This document shows, in pieces, positions 51,700 to 64,000 of a DNA stretch of 64,000 bases (its first letter is position 1; every line of letters begins with the position of its first letter). The DNA is taken from contig CM059433.1 in the NCBI GenBank assembly GCA_030390025.1, positions 29,204,001 to 29,268,000 of the forward strand, in the 5' to 3' direction. The notes under the pieces were generated by a model, which was not told the origin of the DNA, searched no databases, and worked only from the letters and a program-made list of their open reading frames with translations. Both the position numbers and the translations under genes were made by a program. Source of the DNA: Squalus acanthias. Its lineage: Eukaryota.

Positions 51700-52468
51700 C
51701 AGGAAAGGTGCTATATAAATGTAAGTTCTTTCTTTATTCAAAGGGCTTTAGTTACAAGGCTCTGGGAAATGTTCAGAAGCTTGCATCAGGCTGAATTTAA
51801 GCTAAACTGAAAAAAAACCCAGTACTGCCCATTTCACGGGTGAGTCATATTCCTTGAACATCCTTTTAAGTGCTCAATGACTAGAGACAAAGCTTATGAG
51901 ACCTGCTGTGATGAGAGTGCCTGACAGCGACTATAGCTAATGAAGCAAGAAACATCCTCAGAATATGTCCTACTATCAATAATTGTAAGCAATTACTGTA
52001 GCTGCCATAGTGAGAATCACAAAGATAGGTGGAGATGAGGGAGGCTGCCCAGCCCATTCTTCTAAAGATACTGAGGTCCCGCCATCACGCCACTCAACAG
52101 CCTTTAGTTTCTGCCCAGCAGACCATCCCAGGTATTAATTACACTTTGTGTGAGGAAGTACTCCCTAATGTTGTTTACTAGTTTGTACCCATGGTAACAT
52201 GTCCTACTGTTGTGGTTTTAGCGTAAATTGTGCTCTACATTTAAATTGAAATAGGGCTGCTCCCGTAAACCAACAGAGAAGCTCTCGGTTTGAAAAGACT
52301 CCAGCATGTCATCAGCCTGGGCTAAAAGCGCAGCAGAATGGTGTGGTGTAAAATCAATAGGATAGGTCCTGTACGAATGTGGACCTCATTGAGACGGCGG
52401 GAACCTGTTGCTGGCAATCAAGCAGTCTTGTAATTTACAGTATCCTAAAGTAAAAAGGAAAAAAGAAA

Positions 52469-55040
52469 GGGGGAGAAATTGGGTACCTTTGCGCCTCCTG
52501 TTATCGCCTCCGGGGGGCGATAACGGCGCTCTAATCACTTACCGCCCGGGTGCGGCGAGAATATCACCTCCCGCTATATTCGGCAGGAGTTTTGCAGCGG
52601 CGGTATGGCGTTGTGCCCTGATCTTCTTCGCCCGGAGATCGTGACGTCATCGGCGTGCGCATTGCTCCGGTAGCGCCCCGGACCCAAATTTCGGTTCTGC
52701 CCCCTGCAGCATCGCTGGGCGAAAACACCGGCAGCTGCAGGAGGCGTTCATCAGGAGGCCGGGCGCTTCGGGGGTGATGCTTAAAGGCGAGGTGGCCGAG
52801 GTAGGGAAAAAAATAATCAAATGCTTGTTCTCTGGTTTTTTTTGCTTTTTTCCTCAGCGCTCGATCAGCCCGGCGCTCTGCTGCAGTGCAGCTGGCTGAT
52901 CGGGCCGGATCGCGGCTGCCGTCGGGGATCAGGTAAGTTGCTTTCCATTGCAGGGCCTGCAGTGATGGCCCTTCCCTTTATGGTGTAGGCTTCGCAAAAT
53001 CCCCCAGAAACTTGCATAGAACCCTAAAGGGGGTGATGAAGGAATTTGAGGTCAAAGCCTCAGTTGTGAAGACATTTTGACGGGAATCAAGGAAGAAAAA
53101 TACAGAATCTGAGGAAAATGACTTTTGGAGGATAAAGATACCTTTTTAAAAGGGCCATTGGGTAAGCCTGCAGTCACAGAAACACAGGCTGCGGGAAGGG
53201 GTGTGGTGAGGCAGTGGGCAGCTTTTGGGTATTGGGACCAAATCAAGCTGTCTGGGAGATGTTTGCACTGCAATCCAACCAAGGAGGAAGAGCCTCATCC
53301 AAAACCTCACAAACACATTCAAAAATGAATAACCCAAGACCCCTTTTGAAATCCCCAGGTCTAGACAGGATACTGGAAGTCTGAAAACAATAAAACTGCC
53401 AGTATACAGTTTCATAGCCCATCATCCCATCAAAACCTGATTAGCCATGTATCGACAGGAATAGTTTAACAAGCCCGCCAAAAACCTAAGACAAAAGAAG
53501 CAAGATTTAGCGGGTAGATAGAGGCCCTGTCTCAATGGAAGACATCGGTAGCCATCAGGACAAGTTAACACTAAGTTAAAGTCATCAGACTTAACGAGCC
53601 CGCCAAAACCTAAGACAAAAGAAACGAGATTTGGCGCGAAGATAAACAGGCCTCAACTGAAACCTAAATCACTTTAACACGAAAATGATTAGTAAAGCAG
53701 TTTTGGCGCGCAAAACACAATAGACCTGACCAGAATAATTGGGGCCCTATTCCCCCAAGAAGCAAGCGACGGAAGCGGCGAAGAGGAGCGAAGAAAGAGA
53801 GCCACACAGGTTCGACACCAGAGCCAAGCAACAAGGAACCTTTGGAAGGCAGGCAGGCCTAAAGCCATGGGCAAGAAGACACGAGGAACCCGAGAGACAC
53901 TGTGGTGGTGTCTGTTCAAGCCGTGCGGTTTGTTACAACACTATACTTAAAGTTAGTTCAAGGCTGTCCAGAGAGGCAGTTTAAAGTTAGTATCAGTACC
54001 GAGGCACGCAAGGACAACACGCCACAGTAAGGGGGGTCATCGACGGACCCGACTGGGAAAAAGGTTCCCAAACGCCTCGCAGCAATCAAGGCCCCACGAA
54101 CCAACCAACACCACGCCACCGACCAACCAGGTGTGAACCAGGCCGTCGCGACCACCGAAAGACCAACACCAGGAAAAACCGAAGACACGCAAGTTTCCAT
54201 GCTACAAACTCTTCCTGACTTACCCCTGGGTAAGATTTTCCCTTAAAAAACTCTAAACCCTACCTCTAACGAAGAAAAATTGGGTACTCACCTGGTACAA
54301 TCCAATACGCACCTTACCGCATCAGCGGACAGACCCAAACTGACCTGGAGTGCAGCTGAAGTTTTCCACCACGGCCGGGGTACAGCAGGCCCCAACAACC
54401 AAAAACCCCAGTGAACCCCGAAATCGCGAAATACCTCAACTGTCAAGAACTGTCAAGGAGTGGTGAGCATTATCCCTGGTCCTCTGGAATCAAACCTAGC
54501 TAGGTAGTGGGATTGGGAGGGATAAGGGGTTTTGTATACTGTAATTCTCCCTCACCTGTACCGTGTGTTCCCCAACCTGTGTTTAAGTAATAAGTGTGTT
54601 TTAAGATTGTTTGTGTTGCATTTACCTTTTCTTGAATAAAAGTTAAAGTTCTTTCATCAAAACCTGTTGTCTACTGCACCTTTGTTCACGACCCCTAAAT
54701 AAGTCCAAGGTCTAGAACCAGGGGAGTGGGAGCGATTCGAACCGCTCACTGAAGTCAGAGGTGAAGCTGACCCCCACACACCAACCCCTACAATGGGAAG
54801 GAAGGAGCCTTCCAACGCGCTTACGCTGCTCGGCCCATTGTGCAGCGCTGCACACCTATCGCCCTGCCTGCTGCCGATTGCGCTGTAAGAAGGAAGAGGA
54901 GTGCTTGATTTCATGCTCCACTTCCTTCCTGGCGCGCAAAACCGAATTTTTTTTAAGTTGAGAAACAGTAGCGTCTGGCACTAATTTTTCCACTTTTAAA
55001 AGTTAGTGCCCCAAACGGGGCTATAATGAATTTCTCCTCC
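52469..55040. mobile_element. Harbinger-type MITE (about 760 bp without insert) carrying a solo LTR
   Basis: GGGGGAGAAATT...AATTTCTCCTCC with AAA on both sides. The right end is nearly identical to 30045-30083. Confidence 0.85.
52984..54792 (+). mobile_element. Solo LTR (1809 bp) of an ERV or LTR retrotransposon
   Basis: TGTAGG...CCTACA inverted ends, ATGG duplicated at 52980-52983 and 54793-54796, AATAAA at about 54635, internal direct repeat, no gag/pol. Confidence 0.8.
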
Positions 55041-56037
55041 AAAGACTTACATTTATATCAGGTCTTGTATGACCTCAGGACGTCCAAAAGCACTTTACAA
55101 CCAATGAAGTACTTTTGAAGTGTAGTCACTGTTGCAATGTAGGGAAACACGGCAGCCAATTAGCACACAGCAAGGGTCCCATAAACAGCAATGAGATAAT
55201 GACCAGATAATCTGGGGTTTTTTGTGATGTTGGTTGAGGAATAAATATTGGGCAAGACACCTGGGCGAACTCCTCTGCTCTTCTTCGAAATAGTGCCATG
55301 GGATCTATTATGTCCATTTTTTTAATTGTTCCTGAGATGTGGGCGTCGCTGGCAAGGCCAGCATTTATCGCCCATCCCTAATTGCCCTTGAGAAGGTGGT
55401 GGTGAGTTGCCTTCTTGAACTGCTGCAGTCCGTGTGGTGAAGGTACTCCCACAGTGCTGTTAGGGAGGGAGTTCCAGGATTTTGACCCAGCGACAATGAA
55501 GGAACGGCGATATATTTCCAAGTCAGTATGGTGTGCAACTTGGAGGGGAACTTGGAGGTGGTAGTGTTGCCATGTGCCTGCTGCCCTTGACCTTCTAGTT
55601 GGTAGAGGTCACGGGTTTGGGAAGTGCTGTCGAAGAAGCCATGGCGAATTGCTGCAATGTATCTTGTAGATAATAGGAAATGTAGGAAACACAGCAGCTA
55701 ATTTGCACACAGCAAGGTCCCACAAACAGCAATCTGATAATGACCAGATAATCTGTTTTAGCACTGTTGGTTGAAGGATAAATATTGGCCAGGAGACCAT
55801 CGAGAACTCCCCTGCTCTTCTTAGAAATAGTGCCATGGGATCTATTATGTTCATTTATATCCATCTGAGAGGGCCGACGGGACTTTGGTTTAAGGTCTCA
55901 TCCAAAAGATGGCATCTCCGACAGTGCAGTACTCACTCAGGACTGCACTGAAGTGTCAGATGAGATTTTGTACTAAGGTCTCTGGAAAGGGAATTGAACA
56001 TACAACCTTCCAACTCAGGTGCGAGTGCTGCCAATGA
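55041..56037 (-). mobile_element. Deu-domain SINE segments (55041-55316 and 55680-56037) separated by a LINE 3' end
   Basis: Reverse complement of the SINE tail, core and head. Confidence 0.8.
55317..55672 (-). mobile_element. LINE 3' end (CR1/L2 group, family not assigned)
   Basis: Minus strand encodes ..DLEIYRRSFIVAGSKSWNSLPNSTVGVPSPHGLQQFKKATHHHLLKGN*, followed by a short UTR and A-rich tail. Confidence 0.7.
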
Positions 56038-56049
56038 GGGGGTGAAGTG

Positions 56050-59000
56050 TGTCAGCATGAATGGGAGGGTGAGGGAGTAAAGAGTGACAGTATTGGAGGG
56101 TGAGGTTAAAGAGTGTCAGTATTGGGGAGTGAGGGTAAAGAGTGTCAGTATTGGAGGGTGAGGAGGTAAAGACAGTCAGTATTGGAGGGTGAGGAGGTTA
56201 AAGAGTGTCAGTATTGGAGGGTGAGGAGGGTAAGAGTGTCAGTATTGGAGGGTGAGGGTAAAGAGTGTCAGTATTGGAGGGTGATGAGGGTAAAGAGTGT
56301 CAGTATTGGAGGGTGAGGAGGGTAAAGAGTGTCAGTATTGGAGGGTGAGGAGGGTAAAGAGTGTCAGTATTGGAGGGCAGAGGGTAAAGAGTGTCAGTAT
56401 TGGAGGGTGAGGAGTAAAGAGTGTCAGTATTGGAGGGTGAGGAGGGTAAAGAGTGTCAGTATTGGAGGGTGAGGAGGTAAAGAGTGTCAGTATTGGAGGG
56501 TGAGGAGGGTAAAGAGTGTCAGTATTGGAGGGTGAGGGTAAAGAGTGTCAGTATTGGAGGGTGAGGGTAAAGAGTGTCAGTATTGGAGGGTGAGGGTAAA
56601 GAGTGTCAGTATTGGGGGTGAGAGGTAAAGAGTGTCAGTATTGGAGGGTGAGGAGGGTAAAGAGTGTCAGTATTGGAGGGTGAGGAGGGTAAAGAGTGTC
56701 AGTATTGGAGGGTGAGGGTAAAGAGTGTCAGTATTGGAGGGTGAGGGTAAAGAGTGTCAGTATTGGAGGGTGAGGGTAAAGAGTGTCAGTATTGGAGGGT
56801 GAGGAGGTAAAGAGTGTCAGTATTGGAGGGTGAGGAGGTAAGAGTGTCAGTATTGGAGGGTGAGGGTAAAGAGTGTCAGTATTGGAGGTGAGGAGGGTAA
56901 AGAGTGTCAGTATTGGAGGGTGAGGGTAAAGAGTGTCAGTATTGGAGGGTGAGGGTAAAGAGTGTCAGTATTGGAGGGTGAGGAGTAAAGAGTGTCAGTA
57001 TTGGAGGGTGAGGGTAAAGAGTGTCAGTATTGGAGGGTGAGGAGGGTAAAGAGTGTCAGTATTGGAGGGTGAGGGTAAAGAGTGTCAGTATTGGAGGGTG
57101 AGGGTAAAGAGTGTCAGTATTGGAGGGTGAGGAGGTAAAGAGTGTCAGTATTGGAGGGTGAGGGTAAAGAGTGTCAGTATTGGAGGGTGAGGAGGGTAAA
57201 GAGTGTCAGTATTGGAGGGTGAGGAGGTAAAGAGTGTCAGTATTGGAGGGTGAGGAGGGTAAAGAGTGTCAGTATTGGAGGGTGAGGGTAAAGAGTGTCA
57301 GTATTGGAGGGTGAGGAGGGTAAAGAGTGTCAGTATTGGAGGGTGAGGGTAAAGAGTGTCAGTATTGGAGGGTGAGGGTAAAGAGTGTCAGTATTGGAGG
57401 GTGAGGGTAAAGAGTGTCAGTATTGGAGGGTGAGGAGGTAAAGAGTGTCAGTATTGGAGGGTGAGGAGTGTAAAGAGTGTCAGTATTGGAGGGTGAGGGT
57501 AAAGAGTGTCAGTATTGGAGGGTGAGGGTAAAGAGTGTCAGTATTGGAGGGTGAGGAGGGTAAAGAGTGTCAGTATTGGAGGGTGAGGGTAAAGAGTGTC
57601 AGTATTGGAGGGTGAGGGTAAAGAGTGTCAGTATTGTGGGGTGAGGGTAAAGAGTGTCAGTATTGAGGGTGAGGAGGGTAAAGAGTGTCAGTATTGGAGG
57701 GTGAGGGTAAAGAGTGTCAGTATTGGAGGGTGAGGCTAAAGAGTGTCAGTATTGGAGGGTGAGGAGGGTAAAGAGTGTCTGTATTGGAGGGTGAGGAGGG
57801 TAAAGGGTGTCAGTATTGGAGGGTGAGGGTAAAGAGTGTCAGTATTGGAGGGTGAGGGTAAATAGTGTCAGTATTGTGGGGTGAGGGTAAAGAGTGTGAG
57901 TATTGGAGGGTGAGGAGGGTAAAGAGTGTCAGTATTGGAGGGTGAGGGTGAAGATTGTCAGTATTGGAGGGTGTGGATTGTAATGAGTGTCAGTATTGGG
58001 GGGCAAGGTTAAAGAGTTTCAATATTGGAGGGTGAGGATAAAGAGTGTCAGTATTGGAGGGTGAGGATGGTAAGGATTGTCAGTATTGGAGGGTTTGGGT
58101 AAAGAGTGTCAGTATTGGAGGGTGAGGAGGTAAAGAGTGTCAGTATTGGAGGGTGAGGGTAAAGAGTGTCAGTATTGGAGGGTGAGGAGGGTAAAGAGTG
58201 TCAGTATTGGAGGGTGAGGAGAGTAAAGAGTGTCAGTATTGGAGGGTGAGGGTAAAGAGTGTCAGTATTGGAGAGTGAGGAGGATAAAGAGTGTCAATAT
58301 TGGAGGGTGAGGAGGGTAAAGAGTGTCAATATTGGAGGGTGAGGAGGGTAAAGAGTGTCAATATTGGAGGGTGAGGAGGGTAAAGAGTGTCAGTATTGGA
58401 GGGTGAGGGTAAAGAGTGTCAGTATTGGAGAGTGAGAGGATAAAGAGTGTCAGTATTGGAGGGTGAGGAGGGTAAAGAGTGTCAGTATTGGAGGGTGAGG
58501 AGGGTAAAGAGTGTCAGTATTGGAGGGTGAGGAGGTAAAGAGTGTCAGTATTGGAGGGTGAGGGTAAAGAGTGTCAGTATTGGAGGGTGAGGGTAAAGAG
58601 TGTCAGTATTGGAGGGTGAGGGTAAAGAGTGTCAGTATTGGAGGGTGAGGAGGGTAAAGAGTGTCAGTATTGGAGGGTGAGGAGGGTAAAGAGTGTCAGT
58701 ATTGGAGGGTGAGAGGTAAAGAGTGTCAGTATTGGAGGGTGAGGGTAAAGAGTGTCAGTATTGGAGGGTGAGGGTAAAGAGTGTCAGTATTGGAGGGTGA
58801 GGAGGTAAAGAGTGTCAGTATTGGAGGGTGAGGGTAAAGAGTGTCAGTATTGGAGGGTGAGGGTAAAGAGTGTCAGTATTGGAGGGTGAGGGTAAAGAGT
58901 GTCAGTATTGGAGGGTGAGGGTAAAGAGTGTCAGTATTGGAGGGTGAGGGTAAAGAGTGTCAGTATTGGAGGGTGAGGGGTAAAGAGTGTCAGTATTGGA

Positions 59001-62000
59001 GGGTGAGGGTAAAGAGTGTCAGTATTGGAGGGTGAGGAGGTAAAGAGTGTCAGTATTGGAGGGTGAGGGTAAAGAGTGTCAGTATTGGAGGGTGAGGGTA
59101 AAGAGTGTCAGTATTGGAGGGTGAGGGTAAAGAGTGTCAGTATTGGAGGGTGAGGGTAAAGAGTGTCAGTATTGGAGGGTGAGGGTAAAGAGTGTCAGTA
59201 TTGGAGGGTGAGGGTAAAGAGTGTCAGTATTGGAGGGTGAGGGTAAAGAGTGTCAGTATTGGAGGGTGAGGAGGTAAAGAGTGTCAGTATTGGAGGGTGA
59301 GGGTAAAGAGTGTCAGTATTGGAGGGTGAGGAGGTAAAGAGTGTCAGTATTGGAGGGTGAGGAGGGTAAAGAGTGTCAGTATTGGAGGGTGAGGAGGGTA
59401 AAGAGTGTCAGTATTGGAGGGTGAGGGGTAAAGAGTGTCAGTATTGGAGGGTGAGGGTAAAGAGTGTCAGTATTGGAGGGTGAGGGTAAAGAGTGTCAGT
59501 ATTGGAGGGTGAGGGTAAAGAGTGTCAGTATTGGAGGGTGAGGGTAAAGAGTGTCAGTATTGGAGGGTGAGGAGGGTAAAGAGTGTCAGTATTGGAGGGT
59601 GAGGGTAAAGAGTGTCAGTATTGGAGGGTGAGGAGTAAAGAGTGTCAGTATTGGAGGGTGAGGAGGGTAAAGAGTGTCAGTATTGGAGGGTGAGGAGGGT
59701 AAAGAGTGTCAGTATTGGAGGGTGAGGGTAAAGAGTGTCAGTATTGGAGGGTGAGGGTAAAGAGTGTCAGTATTGGAGGGTGAGGGGTAAAGAGTGTCAG
59801 TATTGGAGGGTGAGGAGGGTAAAGAGTGTCAGTATTGGAGGGTGAGGGTAAAGAGTGTCAGTATTGGAGGGTGAGGGTAAAGAGTGTCAGTATTGGAGGG
59901 TGAGAGGGTAAAGAGTGTCAGTATTGGAGGGTGAGGAGGGTAAAGAGTGTCAGTATTGGAGGGTGAGGGTAAAGAGTGTCAGTATTGGAGGGTGAGGGTA
60001 AAGAGTGTCAGTATTGGAGGGTGAGAGGTAAAGAGTGTCAGTATTGGAGGGTGAGGAGGGTAAAGAGTGTCAGTATTGGAGGGTGAGGGTAAAGAGTGTC
60101 AGTATTGGAGGGTGAGGGTAAAGAGTGTCAGTATTGGAGGGTGAGGGTAAAGAGTGTCAGTATTGAGGGTGAGGAGGTAAAGAGTGTCAGTATTGGAGGG
60201 TGAGGGTAAAGAGTGTCAGTATTGGAGGGTGAGGGTAAAGAGTGTCAGTATTGGAGGGTGAGAGGTAAAGAGTGTCAGTATTGGAGGGTGAGGAGGGTAA
60301 AGAGTGTCAGTATTGGAGGGTGAGGGTAAAGAGTGTCAGTATTGGAGGGTGAGGGTAAAGAGTGTCAGTATTGGAGGGTGAGGGTAAAGAGTGTCAGTAT
60401 TGGAGGGTGAGGGGTAAAGAGTGTCAGTATTGGAGGGTGAGGGTAAAGAGTGTCAGTATTGGAGGTAAGGAGGGTAAAGAGTGTCAGTATTGGAGGGTGA
60501 GGAGGTAAAGAGTGTCAGTATTGGAGGGTGAGGGGTAAGAGTGTTAGTATTGAGGGTGAGGAGGGTAAAGAGTGTCAGTATTGGAGGGTGAGGAGGTAAA
60601 GAGTGTCAGTATTGGAGGGTGAGGAGGTAAAGAGTGTCAGTATTGGAGGGTGAGGGTAAAGAGTGTCAGTATTGGAGGGTGAGGGTAAAGAGTGTCAGTA
60701 TTGGAGGGTGAGGAGGGTAAAGAGTGTCAGTATTGGAGGGTGAGGGTAAAGAGTGTCAGTATTGGAGGGTGAGGGTAAAGAGTGTCAGTATTGGAGGGTG
60801 AGGGTAAAGAGTGTCAGTATTGGAGGGTGAGGGTAAAGAGTGTCAGTATTGGAGGGTGAGGAGGGTAAAGAGTGTCAGTATTGGAGGGTGAGGAGGTAAA
60901 GAGTGTCAGTATTGGAGGGTGAGGGGGTAAAGAGTGTCAGTATTGGAGGGTGAGGGTAAAGAGTGTCAGTATTGGAGGGTGAGGGTAAAGAGTGTCAGTA
61001 TTGGAGGGTGAGGGTAAAGAGTGTCAGTATTGGAGGGTGGAGGTAAAGAGTGTCAGTATTGGAGGGTGAGGAGGGTAAAGAGTGTCAGTATTGGAGGGTG
61101 AGGGTAAAGAGTGTCAGTATTGGAGGGTGAGGGTAAAGAGTGTCAGTATTGGAGGGTGAGGAGGTAAAGAGTGTCAGTATTGGAGGGTGAGGGTAAAGAG
61201 TGTCAGTATTGGAGGGTGAGGGTAAAGAGTGTCAGTATTGGAGGGTGAGGGGTAAAGAGTGTCAGTATTGGAGGGTGAGGAGGTAAAGAGTGTCAGTATT
61301 GGAGGGTGAGGGTAAAGAGTGTCAGTATTGGAGGGTGAGGGGTAAAGAGTGTCAGTATTGGAGGGTGAGGGTAAAGAGTGTCAGTATTGGAGGGTGAGGG
61401 TAAAGAGTGTCAGTATTGGAGGGTGAGGGTAAAGAGTGTCAGTATTGGAGGGTGAGGAGGGTAAAGAGTGTCAGTATTGGAGGGTGAGGAGGTAAAGAGT
61501 GTCAGTATTGGAGGGTGAGGGTAAAGAGTGTCAGTATTGGAGGGTGAGGGTAAAGAGTGTCAGTATTGGAGGGTGAGGAGGGTAAAGAGTGTCAGTATTG
61601 GAGGGTGAGGGTAAAGAGTGTCAGTATTGGAGGGTGAGGGTAAAGAGTGTCAGTATTGTGGGGTGAGGGTAAAGAGTGTCAGTATTGGAGGGTGAGGAGG
61701 GTAAAGAGTGTCAGTATTGGAGGGTGAGGGTAAAGAGTGTCAGTATTGGAGGGTGAGGCTAAAGAGTGTCAGTATTGGAGGGTGAGGAGGGTAAAGAGTG
61801 TCAGTATTGGAGGGTGAGGAGGGTAAAGGTGTCAGTATTGGAGGGTGAGGGTAAAGAGTGTCAGTATTGGAGGGTGAGGGTAAATAGTGTCAGTATTGTG
61901 GGGTGAGGGTAAAGAGTGTCAGTATTGGAGGGTGAGGAGGGTAAAGAGTGTCAGTATTGGAGGGTGAGGGTAAAGATTGTCAGTATTGGAGGGTGAGGAG

Positions 62001-64000
62001 TGTAAAGAGTGTCAGTATTGGGGGCAAGGGTAAAGAGTATCAATATTGGAGGGTGAGGATAAAGAGTGTCAGTATTGGAGGGTGAGGATGGTAAAGAGTT
62101 TCAGTATTGTAGGGTGAGGGTAAAGAGTGTCAGTATTGGAGGGTGAGGAGGTAAAGAGTGTCAGTATTGGAGGGTGAGGGTAAAGAGTGTCAGTATTGGA
62201 GGGTGAGGAGGGTAAAGAGTGTCAGTATTGGAGGGTGAGGGTAAAGAGTGTCAGTATTGGAGGGTGAGGTAAAGAGTGTCAGTATTGGAGGGTGAGGAGG
62301 TAAAGAGTGTCAGTATTGGAGGGTGAGGAGGGTAAAGAGTGTCAGTATTGGAGGGTGAGGAGGGTAAAGAGTGTCAGTATTGGAGGGTGAGGGGTAAAGA
62401 GTGTCAGTATTGGAGGGTGAGGGTAAAGAGTGTCAGTATTGGAGGGTGAGGAGGTAAAGAGTGTCAGTATTGGAGGGTGAGGGTAAAGAGTGTCAGTATT
62501 GGAGGGTGAGGAGGGTAAAGAGTGTCAGTATTGGAGGGTGAGGAGGGTAAAGAGTGTCAGTATTGGAGGGTGAGGGTAAAGAGTGTCAGTATTGGAGGGT
62601 GAGGGTAAAGAGTGTCAGTATTGGAGGGTGAGGGTAAAGAGTGTCAGTATTGGAGGGTGAGGGGTAAAGAGTGTCAGTATTGGAGGGTGAGGAGGTAAAG
62701 AGTGTCAGTATTGGAGGGTGAGGGTAAAGAGTGTCAGTATTGGAGGGTGAGGGTAAAGAGTGTCAGTATTGGAGGGTGAGGGTAAAGAGTGTCAGTATTG
62801 GAGGGTGAGAGGTAAAGAGTGTCAGTATTGGAGGGTGAGGGTAAAGAGTGTCAGTATTGGAGGGTGAGGGTAAAGAGTGTCAGTATTGGAGGGTGAGGGT
62901 AAAGAGTGTCAGTATTGGAGGGTGAGGGTAAAGAGTGTCAGTATTGGAGGGTGAGGGTAAAGAGTGTCAGTATTGGAGGGTGAGGGTAAAGAGTGTCAGT
63001 ATTGGAGGGTGAGGAGGTAAAGAGTGTCAGTATTGGAGGGTGAGGAGAGTAAAGAGTGTCAGTATTGGAGGGTGAGGGTAAAGAGTGTCAGTATTGGAGG
63101 GTGAGGGTAAAGAGTGTCAGTATTGGAGGGTGAGGGTAAAGAGTGTCAGTATTGGAGGGTGAGGGTAAAGAGTGTCAGTATTGGAGGGTGAGGAGTAAAG
63201 AGTGTCAGTATTGGAGGGTGAGGGTAAAGAGTGTCAGTATTGGAGGGTGAGGGTAAAGAGTGTCAGTATTGGAGGGTGAGGAGGTAAAGAGTGTCAGTAT
63301 TGGAGGGTGAGGGTAAAGAGTGTCAGTATTGGAGGGTGAGGAGGTAAAGAGTGTCAGTATTGGAGGGTGAGGAGGGTAAAGAGTGTCAGTATTGGAGGGT
63401 GAGGGTAAAGAGTGTCAGTATTGGAGGGTGAGGAGGGTAAAGAGTGTCAGTATTGGAGGGTGAGGGTAAAGAGTGTCAGTATTGGAGGGTGAGGGTAAAG
63501 AGTGTCAGTATTGGAGGGTGAGGGTAAAGAGTGTCAGTATTGGAGGGTGAGGAGGTAAAGAGTGTCAGTATTGGAGGGTGAGGAGGGTAAAGAGTGTCAG
63601 TATTGGAGGGTGAGGGTAAAGAGTGTCAGTATTGGAGGGTGAGGGTAAAGAGTGTCAGTATTGGAGGGTGAGGGTAAAGAGTGTCAGTATTGGAGGGTGA
63701 GGGTAAAGAGTGTCAGTATTGGAGGGTGAGGGTAAAGAGTGTCAGTATTGGAGGGTGAGGGTAAAGAGTGTCAGTATTGGAGGGTGAGGGTAAAGAGTGT
63801 CAGTATTGGAGGGTGAGGAGGGTAAAGAGTGTCAGTATTGGAGGGTGAGGGTAAAGAGTGTCAGTATTGGAGGGTGAGGTAAAGAGTGTCAGTATTGGAG
63901 GGTGAGGAGGTAAAGAGTGTCAGTATTGGAGGGTGAGGGGTAAAGAGTGTCAGTATTGGAGGGTGAGGGTAAAGAGTGTCAGTATTGGAGGGTGAGGGTA
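56050..64000. repeat. 29/32-bp G-rich tandem satellite GGGTAAAGAGTGTCAGTATTGGAGGGTGA(GGA)
   Basis: Continuous array to the window end, units with or without GGA, degenerate left edge. Confidence 0.98.

Noticed and set aside
56050..64000. Telomeric repeat
   Set aside because: No (TTAGGG)n; the unit is 29/32 bp.

Overview
Vertebrate nuclear DNA, most likely from a cartilaginous fish (shark), judged from recognisable HE1-type V-SINE, Deu-domain SINE and CR1/L2/Penelope copies. It is almost entirely repetitive, and I found no convincing host gene exon. Two large tandem arrays bracket the window: a 17-bp AT-rich satellite (1-~15065) and a 29/32-bp G-rich satellite (~56050-64000). A third 15/30-bp minisatellite is split by a 2.7-kb CR1 LINE. 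The standout is an apparently intact 4.2-kb PIF/Harbinger DNA transposon (39514-43715) with 12-bp TIRs, a TTT target duplication, an open DDE transposase and a convergent three-exon Myb/SANT gene. Related elements include a deleted relative with the same intron positions, two older Myb remnants and three Harbinger-type MITEs. Two Harbinger-family insertions sit at the same base of the Deu-SINE tail, and one carries a 1.8-kb solo LTR. A Penelope-like element retains RT/GIY-YIG coding sequence and a minimal hammerhead ribozyme motif. Family names come from motif recognition without database searches, and boundaries of degraded copies are approximate.
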